Source: a virus
Lineage: Duplodnaviria > Caudoviricetes
DNA length: 54,931 nucleotides
Reading direction: 5' to 3' (one strand)
Virus record (IMG/VR): IMGVR_UViG_3300035180_000859
Span: 1-54,931 of that record
In this document: positions 54,804-54,931 of the stretch, piece after piece
How positions within the stretch are numbered: position 1 is the first letter of the stretch
How the letters are laid out: each line of letters begins with the position of its first letter
Program-made: the position numbers and the translations under genes
The notes under the pieces: generated by a model
What the model was told of the DNA's origin: nothing
Seen by the model: only the letters and a program-made list of their open reading frames with translations
Database searches by the model: none

Positions 54804-54931
54804 CTAAATTCTCCAAACACCTTGGTCGTCTTGTACGCAGACGGTGATGTCGTAGGCGCTCACCGGGTCAGGCACTTCAGCCGTTGCTTTGAGCGCAGCG
54901 CCCAGCGGTGCAGCAATGGCACCTTGCGCCA
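54804..54931 (-). CDS. 3' end of a gene entering from the right edge
   Basis: ...AQGAIAAPLGAALKATAEVPDPVSAYDITVCVQDDQGVWRI*. Confidence 0.6.
   Translation of the reverse strand, partial: AQGAIAAPLGAALKATAEVPDPVSAYDITVCVQDDQGVWRI

Overview
The whole window is one tailed dsDNA bacteriophage genome segment, with no host genes visible. It has four blocks. (1) terL and terS on the minus strand at the left edge (1-1307). (2) A plus-strand early cluster of small, partly membrane-bound proteins (1511-4724), where three conserved hairpin motifs sit upstream of genes. (3) A plus-strand replication and accessory module of about 26 kb (5011-30629), containing a primase-helicase, a MoxR-type AAA ATPase with DUF3150-like and DUF2201/vWA partners, a Cas4-like nuclease, an SNF2 helicase, a family A DNA polymerase, an SSB-like protein, an exonuclease, a VRR-NUC-like nuclease, an interrupted HNH-type gene, an ATP-dependent ligase and MazG. 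(4) A minus-strand virion module (31137-54931) with podovirus-like large internal proteins and tail or fibre proteins. I recognised no portal, capsid, lysis or integrase gene; they may lie outside the window. Most notable: a 158-bp AT-rich inverted repeat (156/158 identical) bracketing the whole replication module; a shared short motif (hydrophobic-x-hydrophobic-T-x-R-hydrophobic), mostly C-terminal, in otherwise dissimilar small proteins near the MoxR/vWA genes; two distinct candidate promoter motifs; and a structured element flanked by duplicated terminators. Family names come from motif recognition only, since no database search was run.
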